From Octopus sinensis (Eukaryota), in the NCBI RefSeq assembly GCF_006345805.1, contig NC_043000.1, positions 51,460,001 through 51,524,000 of the forward strand: 64,000 bases of DNA, written 5' to 3'. Numbering within the stretch: position 1 is the stretch's first letter; each line of letters opens with the position of its first letter. This document shows positions 37,834-50,353 of the stretch, piece after piece. Made by a program: the position numbers and the translations under genes. Below the pieces are notes generated by a model. It was not told the DNA's origin and did no database searches. It was given only the letters and a program-made list of their open reading frames with translations.

Positions 37834-38066
37834 TTGTGATGAAAGTTATGATGCCATTCTAGTACATGATGGTATCGACAAATCAGCCAATGTTATCGGA
37901 ATTTTTTGTGATGTCCACAACACCCAAGTTGTAAAATCTAGTGGGCGCTACATGTATATTGATTTCTACTCAGATGATAAAGATGAAAGACAGGGTTTTG
38001 CAGCCAAATACACATTTTTTACTGAGCACCAGACAACCGCAGACTCAAGAACTACACCATCTACAG
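37834..38066 (+). CDS. Internal exon encoding C-terminal half of a CUB domain plus Thr/Ser-rich linker
   Basis: CDESYDAILVHDGIDKSANVIGIFCDVHNTQVVKSSGRYMYIDFYSDDKDERQGFAAKY matches CUB C.YD.L...DG......G.FC......SSG..M.+.F.SD.....GF.A.Y; acceptor tttctaattacag (phase 2), donor CAG|GTGAGA (phase 1); no stops. Confidence 0.92.
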
Positions 38067-38861
38067 GTGAGAATTCAGTTTATAATAGAACAAAAAGAAC
38101 AAAAAAAAATCCCTAAAAAATGGAAAATTAAATTTACAGATTTCAATCATTCCTTTATTGCTGCATGTTATTTACTTTATTTTCTAATCTTTCAGTTATT
38201 CAGGCATTGTTGGAAAAAAAAAAAAAGTTTTCTTCACTTCAAGACTAAAAGAGAATGTTACTGTACAGAACTGCCTGTCAGAGTGCAGTGTTTAACACTT
38301 CTGTCTGTAATCTAAAATATTGTTGCTTTTCTTCTAATTTTAATCACTGTTTCAAGCAGATTATGGTATCAATAAACAAAACAAAATATCATTACTTTTA
38401 GTCAGCTGGCTGTCAAATGCAGAAAGGAAGGGGGGACAGGAACCAGATGTACCAAATTCAATAATAAGCTTTATATAATGATTCTAGCAGTGTTTGAGAT
38501 ATCTTAAAAGCACATTTTTTTCATTTCTATGAAAGTGTGAATGTTTAATAGAGATAATTAACTTTGTTCTTTTATATTTCATCAAAATACAGAGTTAATG
38601 TAATATAAAATTATAAAGAATACCTTCCTGGTATTTTTGAGAAATTATAAGGTTTCCTTTCTATGGAATAAGCCATCTTACTGCTTTCATGCCATTATTT
38701 TTTTAAACATACAGTTCAAGGACAATTTTTGTGAATATATATTTATATTTATTTTAATGTGTTATATTTATATTTATGTGTTTGTGTGCCACAACACATA
38801 TACCAAAAGCTTTCAACTAAAAACTACAGACTAGCTGGAATCCCATGTAAGCATATGGTGG

Positions 38862-39192
38862 GGAGGGCGACCCCCTTCGGTCATGAATTACTATGGGATT
38901 GCACCTAGAAATTTACCCCCCAAGGTACAAGTCTGGGCAAGGTTGTTTATGGAAGGCCAGCAGTTGCCCATGAATGCCAGCCTCCCCCTCCACACCACTG
39001 TTGTTATCCAAGGGAAAGGCAAAGGCTGATACAGCTTGGCACCTGTGATGTCACAACTCATTTTTACAGCTGAGTTAACTGGAGCAACGTGAAATAATGT
39101 GTCTTGCTCAAGAACACAACACACAGCCCGGTCTGGGAATCAAACTTACAACCTCATGATCGCAAGCTCGATGCTCTAACCACTGAGCCAAG
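38862..39192 (-). mobile_element. tRNA-derived SINE family D
   Basis: Minus strand starts tggctcagtggttagagc (A box)...gtttgattcc (B box), followed by gtgttcttgagcaagacac; body shares ggagcaacgtgaaataa with family E. Confidence 0.85.
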
Positions 39193-39204
39193 CCTATGGT
39201 AGAG

Positions 39205-39370
39205 ACTACAATTTTGACAAGTCAATGAAGGAGCCTCTATAATGTCACTGTCTGGTAGAAATATCAGCCAAATCTTTTTTTTTTAAATATCTGCCATCTA
39301 AGATGATGGGATAATTATGGCTGAAACATTTGATCAGGGCTAACCTGGAGGTAAGCTACAACATTAACAA
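39205..39370 (+). repeat. Old interspersed repeat family G
   Basis: gacaagtcaatgaaggagcc...catttgatcagggctaacc; homologous to 4931-5150. Confidence 0.5.
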
Positions 39371-39781
39371 CTAGAATAATGAAGTCAAATCTGTATGAGG
39401 AAATACCAAAGATGCATCATGTTTCACTGGTAACTTGCTTTTGTTTTGTTTTGTTGTCTCCTGATTCAAAGAAGGACTGTCTTGAGTACATTTTAATGAT
39501 TATTGAGTTTTGGTATATACTCTAATATATAGTTGTCAGTCTGAGAGACATTTACTTTCATCATGAGTTTGAAGCAACAGAGCATCAGCACATTGTAAGA
39601 TGATGTTACTGAGTAGCATAGCGTTGTGACTATGGAAATGCATATGCTTTCTAGTTAGACTCAAATATTGTTTCCAACTATAAATCATTAACATTGTTAT
39701 CAATTTATCATATTTGAAAGGAAAACACATAAACACAAAAAGCAGAAGATAAACAAACCTACACATCAAATAATCTTTTAA

Positions 39782-40001
39782 CCCTTTTGTTACTGTATTT
39801 ATTTTGAGATGCTCTGTGTTTCTTTCAATTACTTTAAATATAACAAAGAATTTAGTAAAATAACTTAGTTATCATTCAGCTAGTGTTAGGAACATAAATT
39901 TTGACTAAGGTTTGGTGGAAGATTTTAATTCAAAACTTATGAAAACAAAACATTTGTACTCAGAGCCAGAGCCAGTTTCAGCTGGGTTGGTAACAAAAGG
40001 G
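39782..40001. mobile_element. piggyBac-like MITE (about 220 bp)
   Basis: Perfect inverted match aacccttttgttac/gtaacaaaagggtt; CCC...GGG termini; TTAA on left, TTTAA on right. Confidence 0.8.
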
Positions 40002-40289
40002 TTTAAACAACATTGTTTTTGTGACTGTTGATCCTCTCTTATCATAAATGCATCTTGTCTTGTCTGTGAATGTGTGCCAAATACAAATCCGTATCAGAAC
40101 CAGCTGAACATCAACCATATTATCTTTAGCATGTTACACCAACCCTCTGTTTTAGAGACTCATGTAACGGTTTAGGTATTCTCCTCTGAAATAATTGTAC
40201 AAGGTGTAGTGGCAAAATTCATTTTCCTGAAGGAAAGGTGTTGGATCAGTGATTACATGGCCATGAGTTCTATCCTGAACATTGTTTAC

Positions 40290-40445
40290 TCATTCTGAGC
40301 ACCCCGCTGAGGCCGACTTTGCCTTTCATCCTTAAGTACCAGTGAAACACTGGTAAATCAAGTACCAGTGAAATGCTGGGGTTGATGTAATCAACTGGCC
40401 CCCTTCACCCCAATTTTAGGTCTTGTGCTTATAGTAGAAAGGATT
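40290..40445 (+). mobile_element. SINE family B, 5'-truncated
   Basis: gctgaggccgactttgcctttcatcc...ggggttgatgtaatcaac...tagtagaaagga; internal aagtaccagtgaaa duplicated. Confidence 0.75.
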
Positions 40446-41049
40446 AATCTGAGCACTACACACAGCCCTGATAGTTCCATTTGAACTGATTTAAAAGATG
40501 TTACTTTCCCACTTTTCAGTTGTTTGGTTTGTCAAGGGAAGAGCATCTAACTGCAAAAACACTTGCCTAAGCAAAAACCTATACTATTCATAGAAATACA
40601 TCAAATTAATGTAAAACAGAAAAAGAAAATATGTCCGTCTAAATATATGTGTGTGTACATATGATTGTGTATATTTTATACCTGTATGTCCCAGTAGTGT
40701 CAAGTTTATTTAATTATTTCTATTTTAATTTAAAGTGATATATAAAAACTATACCGTGTAATCTTATTTGTAAAAGCTTTACAGTTTTCAAAGATACAGA
40801 TAAAAAGATAATACCGAGAATAATTGAACCTTCAAGAATTTAGAAAGAAAATTGCTTCAGTAGGTAACTTGAATGCAATTTAATTATGAAGGTGAATAAA
40901 TAAACTGGTTAAAACTTGTTTCTAAAATAATAAAATGGAATGTATTATAAACAGAAAGTATCTGATGTTTCAAAGTTATTTTAGTTTTCTTCTTTTTTTT
41001 TTTAGTTTAGTTCGGAAGAAGAGATTGTACTCTTGACTTTCACAAGCCC

Positions 41050-41340
41050 TCTGAGACCAGTGGTATTAACTTTTTCTTAAACTGTTGCAAGTCAATGACT
41101 GCAGCAAAGACATGTGCAAGGAGGGAATAAGTGATTGCTGACTTTCTGGAAAGGAATGACTGTACTTAGTGGTGTGTGAGGGGGCTTGATTAGGGGCTGA
41201 ATATAATAAGGGTGATGTAAAAACATATGAGTTGGGAATGACTAAGTGAAGGTGGTACAAGACCTGCTAGCTCTAAGTAGGCCATTGCAGTAGTGGCAGG
41301 AAAGGCCGGAGAAAAAAGACAGCATGTCTCTCTTTTGGAG
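41050..41340 (-). mobile_element. CR1/Jockey-like LINE ORF2 C-terminus
   Basis: With frameshifts: HYCNGL..ELAGLVPPSLSHS...HTTKYSHSF...AHVFAAVIDLQQFKKKL, matching the Y.G.CS.EL..L+P...Y..SF...VFP...LQ.FK ending. Confidence 0.7.
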
Positions 41341-41589
41341 TGTGTTTATGGATAGCTTCATACCTATAATTCAAGTGCCTTTCTTTAGATGTTATTCACT
41401 ATGTCTGTGTACAGAGCAACATAATTCTCCAAACTGTGGGAGCAGTACTCCATTGTGACTCTCACCTGAACTTGGTAGAGTTGTTTTTATTTTCTTTTAC
41501 AAGACAGTAAATCAGTCATGATTGTGAAAAGGCACTTCAGACATGACAATCCTGTCTTTTTGTATATCTAGATTGTCTAATGTGCCCTT

Positions 41590-41850
41590 TTTAAAGACAG
41601 TAGGGCATGATTTGAGGAAGCATTGCCTGCTACTTTTGGCAAGTTGAGTAACCATGTAGAGGTACTTTTATTGATTCAAAATAATTTGATTTAGTTTTTG
41701 TAGTTTAACCTCAAGCTAGTCTTGACTGAGCAGGCATATGATCAAAGACATTCTAACCATCACCTTCTCAGTTTATTTCAAATATAGTATATCTGAAAGT
41801 ACATCATTAAATGCATCCTTCATATTTTAAGGTAGAGGGTTTAATATGAG
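41590..41850 (-). repeat. Old interspersed repeat family G
   Basis: gagtaaccatgtagagg...tatgatcaaagacattct; homologous to 59560-59830. Confidence 0.5.
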
Positions 41851-44461
41851 AAAGGGAAAAAATTGCTAATCTTCTCCTTTCTAAGAGAAGGGTCAATAAA
41901 GCTGTTGTGATTGATATGCATAAAATATTATAGTGTGTCAATTAAATAAACTTGAAGGGCTGGAAATCAATAAAGCATAACAGTTTTACATAAAATATCA
42001 TTATAACTTTCTTGAGTAGTTAAATTTAATTATAGACAAAAATTTTATATGGGAATGTCATCTGTAAGAGAAGTTTATCCACAGAACATGATTTAAATGT
42101 ATATGATGCATAAGAATTTGAGGTATATCACATCTGAGCCATTGTAGTGTAAATGCATTTACTCTAATTATATCAGTTTTTGTCTAATTTCCTCTTGTGG
42201 CTGGTAATAGTGTGTATTTGTATCGTGAGTCCTCTCTAGAGTTTTCAAATACGTCTCACTTATATTGACTATACTTCAAAATGATACAATAATATAATGC
42301 AAAGCATAATATTTCTGTATCCATATGACAGTTGATATTATGGCTTCTCATTATTAAAGAAATAAATGCAATGATATAGAAAAACTTTGTGTTGGTAATA
42401 ATGTTACTTTTCAAAAATATACTGGCTCTTGAATGATTACTCCATTTGTAACAATTTCCTAGCTTCTGTGTCTTATTCATAGTTTTTGATGTTTCAGTAT
42501 AATTGATTTTCTTTCACAAATTATACTACATTAAATACAAATGTGTATTTAGCAGTTGTAAACTTATCTAGACCAAGGAAACAGCTTATAATTATTTACA
42601 GCAATTCTGTATTAATTGTAGGATATAGACAAGTCATGCATTGGGAAAATATCAATTATAAGTGAGGTAGAAGAAAGAGGTGGGTTTTTGATGGAAATAG
42701 TTATTTATCTGTGTATATCTACATGTATATAAATTTGTGATTGCTATCATATTGTTAAATATTGATAATTTTGAATGCAGTTTTGTAAATGATTTAAATA
42801 TGATCTTTAATTGTCAATGGTCAATGTAATTTTTCACTATCCAAAATAATAATGTCCTCTGTTTAGTACTAGAACAATTTGGTTTCCGTTCATTGCCTGT
42901 TATCATTCTTTCTATCAACAATCTGCACACTAGATCATATGCAGACATATTTATACAAACACACAAATTTCATTTAATGTATTCTTTCTAGCTGAAAGAA
43001 TGTCTTACCATAGTGGAAAGGTAGAAATGAAATGTTTATCAAGTTATATACGTTCACCTTATAATTGTAAATAGACAGCATCTAATAACTTTCTATTGTC
43101 TATTTTAACACATTTTGTATAGAGCAGTAATCGAGCAATCATGTTTGTCCTTCATTTAAATTAATTTGATTGTTCAGTTTTGAAAAGTTCTGATTACTTG
43201 CTAGTCATTGAGTGAAGTAAAAATGTTAACAACATTTTCAAACCAAATTTAGGTTATTTCAATTCATTCTACAGCTATTTCTGTACTTCATTTATATATT
43301 TCTGCCTATATAATGCTTTTTACCTAGTAAGCAGACTTATCAATGCAAATTCAAATTCATCATCATATGTTGATTATAGAGTTTTATATAATTACAACTG
43401 AAGCCAAGAAATTGGTTTAGTTCCATTTTATGTGTTTCAGATAATGATATTTCTTTTCGAAATTGTTACATTTTTTCTGCACTCAGTATTAAACAATCAA
43501 GTCATTTGCAATTATATTTAGATTGGCACTTCCCAACCATTTTTCCAGTTCTATTCCTAATTAGAATCAGGTTCAAATTACCCTAACTTAAAATTGTGTA
43601 TTATACAAAACACAATTGAGAAATACCGTACAATTTAGCACTTACAGTACAGTACTGTTACAGATTAGTCATAATGGTATGGATGAACTTGTTCAATGTT
43701 GACACCAGATTTTGAGTGTATGATTTACTCTTTGACAGAACAAGCCTCGTGTCTGAACTTCAAAAAGAAAAACCAGTCTCTAGTGTTGGATTTAATTTGT
43801 TACATTGTCAAGAACCCAAAATCACATACAAATCATGAGAAATGGAAGAACCATTCCTCTTTGCTGAAACCAGAATGATGCAATACTCTTATGCTGTGAA
43901 TTGTAGAATCATTTCTCACCTTAAAAATTTTTCATTTGGCTGAGTCAGTATAAAAAATGACATTTTCAGCAAGAAATAGTTGCTTTATTCACATGTATTT
44001 CTGCAGAAACTTACTTCCAGAAAAGTATTATCATTGATGTCTTAATGGTGAGTTCACCAATTTCAGTTGCCAGGCACTGAATGTCACTCTTTTTTTAATT
44101 ATTCTAGCTTAGCAAACACAGCCATGTTTTTGACAATGAGTTACCTGCCATGGTTCCATTTCTTGAGAGAAAGTATTCATTTCATCTTAGACATCAATGA
44201 TGGAAGACATTTTTCTTTGTTGAGAGCAATTCAATACATTATGACTTGAAACACATTCAATAAACTAGTTATATGGTGAACTTGTCGTTAAGAAAACTAG
44301 TGCTTTTGCAGCCAGAAAAAATTCATTATTTCTGATCACAGTTGAAAATGTTAATCAAAATCATGCTGTAAGACAGATATCTCACTACTGTATGTGAAAA
44401 TAGTTCCAAATATTCAGAGAAAAGTTCATTACATGGCAAACAAGCAAGTGTTAAATGCTCA

Positions 44462-44750
44462 ACATCATCATCATCATCATTGTTTAACATCCATTGTTTA
44501 TGCTAGCATGGGTTAGATGGTTCAACTGGGGTCTGGGAAGCCAGGAGGCTGCACCAGGTTCCCTTCTGATCTGGCAGTGTTTCTACAGCTGGTTCCCCTA
44601 CCTAACGCCAACCACTCCAAGAGTGTAGTGGGTGCTTTTTATGTGCCACTGGCATAGGGGCCAGAGGAGGCTGGCAATGACCACGATTGGTTGGTGCTTT
44701 TTATGTTCCACCAGCACGGGAGCCAGTCTAGGCAGTGCTGGCATCAGCCA
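44462..44750 (-). mobile_element. RTE-tailed SINE family C
   Basis: (cat)n tgtttaacatcc...ggggtctgggaagccaggaggctgcacc...gtgccactggca. Confidence 0.88.
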
Positions 44751-44959
44751 TTCATATAACACAGGTCATCATGTCTTAGAATGAGTCAGAGAGAGTTTTG
44801 ACAGTAATAACTTGGTGACAAACAGTACAGTGCATGCTAGTCAGTAACAGTAAGATTTCTCTCTTACCAATGCAACAAAACTAGCTTTTACATATTGCTC
44901 CTAGTTTTTACCATTGTACGTCATGCTTTGTAAATCCAACAACTACTATATTAATAATG

Positions 44960-45500
44960 TTTTGTGAATATACTCATTGTTCAGTTGATTGTCAACAATA
45001 TAGCAAGCAAAGCTGATGCAAATATCAGTAGATTCATCCAGCTGGACATAAAATTGTGTATCAATGCTTTGATTTTGTCATCACCTCATATCTCACCATC
45101 TTCCATTCTGCCACCCATATTATCTATCTTATATCGAATAGTGTTGTTGTAGACAGAAACTCTTGATTGCTCTTTTGTTTCACTTTCACCACATATATTT
45201 CATATAAAAATATCAGCATCAGTCATGTGGATCCATGTAATCACTTTGAGATCTGTAACTTCATAAGAATTATGTACTGTGTCACATCAAAGTGTGCCAT
45301 AGAATCCAGCTACTGAGCTTTGAGACTATGTTCCAGACCTCAGATCTTTCCAAAGTCATACCTCAGATCCTTCCAAAGTTGTACCTTTTATTTGCATGGT
45401 GAATATTACATAGATGGCCATGTATTTTACCTGACTCACTTGACACTGGCTGCACAGCATAGAACCTTCCTCATTGATGAATTCTGTGAAGCTATTACTG
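44960..45500 (-). mobile_element. Decayed hAT (Buster/Charlie-type) transposase fragment
   Basis: VSVYNNTIRYKIDNM...FYVQLDESTDICISFACYIVD matches the PLSNNT..RRI..M...F.+QLDESTD motif; BED-finger-like CSQC...HL...H further upstream. Confidence 0.75.
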
Positions 45501-46224
45501 CATGTATGTTTCCCTTATATTTTTGGCCACTCTAAGAACTTCCTGTTCTTAGAGACTGTCTTATTCTTGGAACTAAAGTATTTGATGATATTATCTTGGC
45601 TACTCATCTAAAAAGAATAATCACACAAACAAAATTATCTACATGTAAACTACAAACTAAACAACATTAGGGAACCTTATTTATCTATTCAAAAAGTTTA
45701 AATTAGCTTTTAACTCATTGTTTTCTCCAGTATAGTACTGGACATTATTAGAATTACAATGGAAACCAACTTTTGTTACCTCCAAATTCTATTAACCTAA
45801 GTAATGTACAGACTTACTTTAACATGCGTCGTACCATATTATGCAGAATACCACTGCCAAAACAATAGTTTTCTTGTGAGATTGGTTACCAAATGTGAAA
45901 AGTATAAGACTGGCTGACATTGCAACTTACTGAGCAAGAGTTAATGCTGACACTATGATAAATATTTGTACTCAACTGCCATATGAAACCATAGGTAAGG
46001 TAAAACTAAAGTTGACTGAACCACTCCTGAAAAGTGTCTCTGTCTAGTATTTACAAATAATAGTTATGGAAATTTGAAGATTAATACTTGTCGTTATATT
46101 AAAAAATTTAATATTTATAAAGTAATCAATAATAATGAAACTAGAAGGAGGCATATATTGGATGTTGTGAAACTGGAAATAATCCAGCCATACCAGGAAC
46201 ACTTCAGATATGTAAAGATCACCA

Positions 46225-46560
46225 TCATCGTCGTCATTGTCATCATCATCATCATCATCATGATGTAGCATCCATTTTCCATGCTGGTATTGGTAAGATA
46301 GTTTGAGTGGAACTTATAAGCTGAAGAGCTGCACCAGGCCTCAGTCTGATTTGTGTTGGTTTCTAATGCTGGATGCCGTTTCCTAGTGCCATAAAGTGTA
46401 TTGAGTGTCTTTTATGTGTCACCTGCATGGGGTGGGGCCTTTTATGTGTCACCCCAACACAGCTGCACATTTGTGTCTCTAGCATGAGTGCATTTTGCAT
46501 GTCACCAGCACAGGTACCTCTCATATATCACTGGCACTGGCCATGACTACAATTTCACTT
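46225..46560 (-). mobile_element. RTE-tailed SINE family C, decayed
   Basis: (cat)n...catccattttccatgctgg...gctggatgcc...gtcaccagcac. Confidence 0.7.
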
Positions 46561-47319
46561 AAAGATAATATTCATTTTTTATGAAGTTAAATTTGAATTA
46601 AGATATTAGGTCATAGTCTATTATAATTAAATTAGAAATAGGTTAAGCAAATCAATCAATACAATTTATATTGTGTAAATGTATAATTTCTCTCTTTTTA
46701 TTGAAGATAAATAGTAATTTTTACTTCTTAATAATGTGAGTGTCCTTCATGATATGCATGTGGTGTGTATTTCTCATTATCTAACATTAAAAACAATACA
46801 GATAGCTTATTTTTAAAACAGTACCAAAATACGATGAATACTCTTTAATTTTCAAAAGGAATACAATAAACATGGCTGTCTTTCTTAATTTATCTCTCTT
46901 ATGAAACAAAAGGGACATTTACATGTTTGTATATGCTTCCACATAATTAACAATGCTGCATTTTTTTCTTTCTTTGATTGAATAGTGAATTTGGAGCTAA
47001 AATTTGAAAAATAATAAAAATTTATTTCAGTTTAACAATATTTATTTATATAAAATTTATGTTTTTAGCAAAAATAAAAAAATAAAATGCTGACAGACCT
47101 TACTATTGATCAATGCTTCAAAAATGCTAATGTTACTGTGTCATTCTAGCCTTTGAAAACAAGAGAGCAAAGCATTAAAGTATTTTGTAGTTTTAGGGTT
47201 TTTTTTCTTAAAGCTTTTCAAAATATTCTCATCATATTCAGCTATTTTAATTTATAAATAAATTAAATTCTATATCTACATTGTATGGCACAGTAAATAT
47301 GTTCGTTAAAATATTAACC

Positions 47320-47490
47320 ACTTGACAACTAGTGTTGGTTTACTTACATCCTCATAACTTAGCAGTTCAACAAAAGAGACCAATAGAATAAGTACCAGGT
47401 TTTACAGAAAACAAAAAGGTACCGAGGTTGATTTGTTTGACTAAAATTCTTCAAGGCTTGGCTTTAGTCTAATGGACTACAACAAGTAAA
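47320..47490 (+). mobile_element. SINE family A, 3' half
   Basis: taacttagcagttcaacaaaagagaccaatagaataagtac domain. Confidence 0.75.
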
Positions 47491-48029
47491 AAAGGTAAAA
47501 AATGATAAGCATTCTCCCTCCCCCATCTATGTTTAATGAATCTCTCCTATGAATAATTGCTTTTCTATAGGCCTTCTGCAGTAGTTCAGAAGAAATATAG
47601 ACTTCATTCAGCTTGTTAAAGAATCATCCAATTTAGACTAAATTAAGCAAAAGTCATCTAACCTGAGTTAAAGCGCTTGTCTTGAGTACAAATTCAATTT
47701 TATAAAGGATTTGTGTCAGCTTCATACTTTTATGTCTTACCGGCTTCTTACTTTCCTAGTGGTTCTTTGTATTTCAGCTACAGTAGGAAGCACAATAATG
47801 ATAAATCTACAAAGTGGTGTGAATCTTGATTTTTTTTTTTTAACTTGGGACCTGTTCCCTTTTGTGAAGCATGATGGTTTACCTCATGTGAAAGGAAGCA
47901 TAAGACCATGGTTTCTCCTCACTCTTTTACTGACACTATCATAACCAAATGCAGTTTTCACCATGGTTAAGTAATTATCCACGTTTGGAAACCACTGATT
48001 TACATGGATTTCAATAATCTATAGATTTA

Positions 48030-48210
48030 AGGTGGTGACCTAGTAAAATCGCTTGCATGCTGGGCAAAGTACTTACTGGTATTTTGTCCATCGTTACGTT
48101 TTGGGTTCAAATGTTGTCAGGGTCAACTTTGCCCTTCATCCTTTTAGGGTCAGTAAGATAAGTACCAGTTGAGCACTGGTATCAATTTAATTGACTTAGC
48201 CCCTCTTCTG
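48030..48210 (+). mobile_element. SINE family B
   Basis: ggtggtgacctagtaaaatcg...gggtcaactttgcccttcatcc...aagtaccagttgagcactgg. Confidence 0.75.
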
Positions 48211-49834
48211 ATACCAATAATCTATAGCTTACTTCTGTAGGTCTTTTGCTTCAAATGTTACTCAAATATAATGTGATAACTACTGAACCAGTTTGTCATA
48301 AATTTGATTAATCCCTCAAGTACTTATATGCTGAAAGGTTCAGTTAACTCTTATGGAAATGCTCTAATGGAATATGTTATTTGGTGAAATTCTGCATCTA
48401 CAAAAAAGAAAAAAAGTTACATATATTTTCTCCAAAAGTAAAATATATTATGCAATGATAAGTCATTCTTGTTTCAATGGGTAAATTATCATAATGTTCA
48501 TATTTCAGCATTGATGTTGCAATGATAGTTCTGATTATTAAGCATTTCATCTAGATTAATTACATTAAAATTATTTAATCTCAGTTCTAGATTTCAACAT
48601 TACTCAATAGATCTCAACATAAATGTTTGCTTGTTGTTTTGTTTTGTTTAATTTTTTTTATTTTTCTGAAGGGGTACCATACATTTTTATTTACTTCTGG
48701 CAACCTAATAATAAACTGATAAAAATAGTAATAATTTCTCCATAGGGAAAGAAATATGTTGATTTGTTCAACCTCAGTACATTGCATACTTTTTTAATAT
48801 TCCTTTTATATATAAACAAAATAAATAGTAAAACACTAAATGTCTGATTTCCCTGATTCCCTATTCATACTAACCTCTATCAATGGGTGATTAACTCGAT
48901 GGAACTGATGAGAGAATGGAACTGGAGTGGGGTTCCATGATATTTTTGTTTTTTAATAGAAAAGCAAGATAAGTGAAAAGCAAAAGCTACTTCAGGAAAT
49001 CAATATCAAATTGCAAACTTATTCTACTAGCCTAACTTAGTGAGAACTTAATGTCATTCAGTAGAATACAATATATATGTTATGTAATATATGATAACAT
49101 ATATTATCATCTTCAGCATGATTTGAGTCAGAGCTATGATAGTAGTTACTACAAATGATACAGTCCAGCTCTACCCACTAAACCAACTTGCTTTTCCTTT
49201 AAGTAAAGAATAAAAGTAAAGAATACTTGCAAAATAAGTAACCGATCCATTGTATACCACTTTGGGCTTTTTTATTCCATGCAAGCTGCAGGTTGACAGT
49301 CTTGTAAGTGACATTTAGTTGATAGAAATTGTGGGGAACTCAGTGCTAGGTTAAACCAGGCAACAGATTTAATCTGTCACTAGATTTAACACCACCACTT
49401 ATCCCTTGGGTGTCCTTTAGAGGTGTCCACTTTATTGCCAGCATTTTGATAGGGTAAGCTTCCAGTCTGAGGATAATATCCCCTCTTGTTTTACCAGTCA
49501 TGGAGAACCTGCAAAGATAGCTATCACACTGCCCTACATCCTTTAAGTCATAAAAAAAATATAGATATATTCTACATGGTTCATCCATGAACTTGTGAAA
49601 AAACTGGGAAGAACAATTATCTTAATAGTTTAAGTTCCCTCTTCTCAAGAATGATTGCTCATTATAAGACTACTAAGAATCTTTACTATTGTTTTGTCGA
49701 ATATCTAAAATTTATGAAAAATACATTGGAATGATGATGTCTATAAACCAAGACAATAATGATGATGACAGCATTTTCAGTTTATACCACACACACACGT
49801 CTGTGTGTGTATATACATACATGCATATATATAT

Positions 49835-50008
49835 ACAGTAAAGCAAGTAGCCACATCAAAGTGGCAGATGAATGCACCATTTATATACAATATATCGCTA
49901 GCAGGGGTGAGAAACTTGCACAGAAAACCAGCTGGCAGAGAATCCACCTGGGGTTAAACTAGTAGTAACATTCATTTGCCACTTTGATGTGGCTACTTGC
50001 TTTACTGT
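49835..50008. repeat. Inverted repeat, 40-bp arms, 94-bp spacer
   Basis: acagtaaagcaagtagccacatcaaagtggcagatgaatg versus its reverse complement at 49969-50008; 1 mismatch. Confidence 0.92.
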
Positions 50009-50082
50009 TTAGTGTGTGTTACTACGCTATCTCTCCTTGAGATTTTCTAACTAGCTATTTTATATATATAAATATATATATA

Positions 50083-50124
<42 letters not shown>

Positions 50125-50195
50125 TATATATATTTCGTTTTTGGATTTGTTTTGCAAGATTCTTTATATGAGTTCGTGTGTTGAAGTATATTCTG

Positions 50196-50353
50196 TTGTG
50201 TCTGGGGAGAGTCATTCTCTTTTAGTACCTTATTATTTAACACACTCACTGGTAAAATTTTAGGAAAATAAAAAGACGAAATAAGTGGAAATTTTACCGG
50301 TGAGTGTGTTAAATAATAAGGTACTAAAAGAGAATGACTCTCCCCAGACACAA
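50196..50353. repeat. Inverted repeat, 65-bp arms, 28-bp loop
   Basis: ttgtgtctggggagagtc...ggtaaaattt (50196-50260) versus 50289-50353; 1 mismatch. Confidence 0.92.

Noticed and set aside
38196-38315. WSC/PAN-like words VTVQNCLSEC and RECYC downstream of the CUB exon
   Set aside because: The two words overlap in different frames, both end in nearby stops, and no donor follows.
39100-39192. tRNA-like sequence (also the heads of families A, B, E and 8344-8443)
   Set aside because: A/B boxes are present, but there is no acceptor-stem closure and each continues into a repeat body; these are SINE heads, not tRNA genes.
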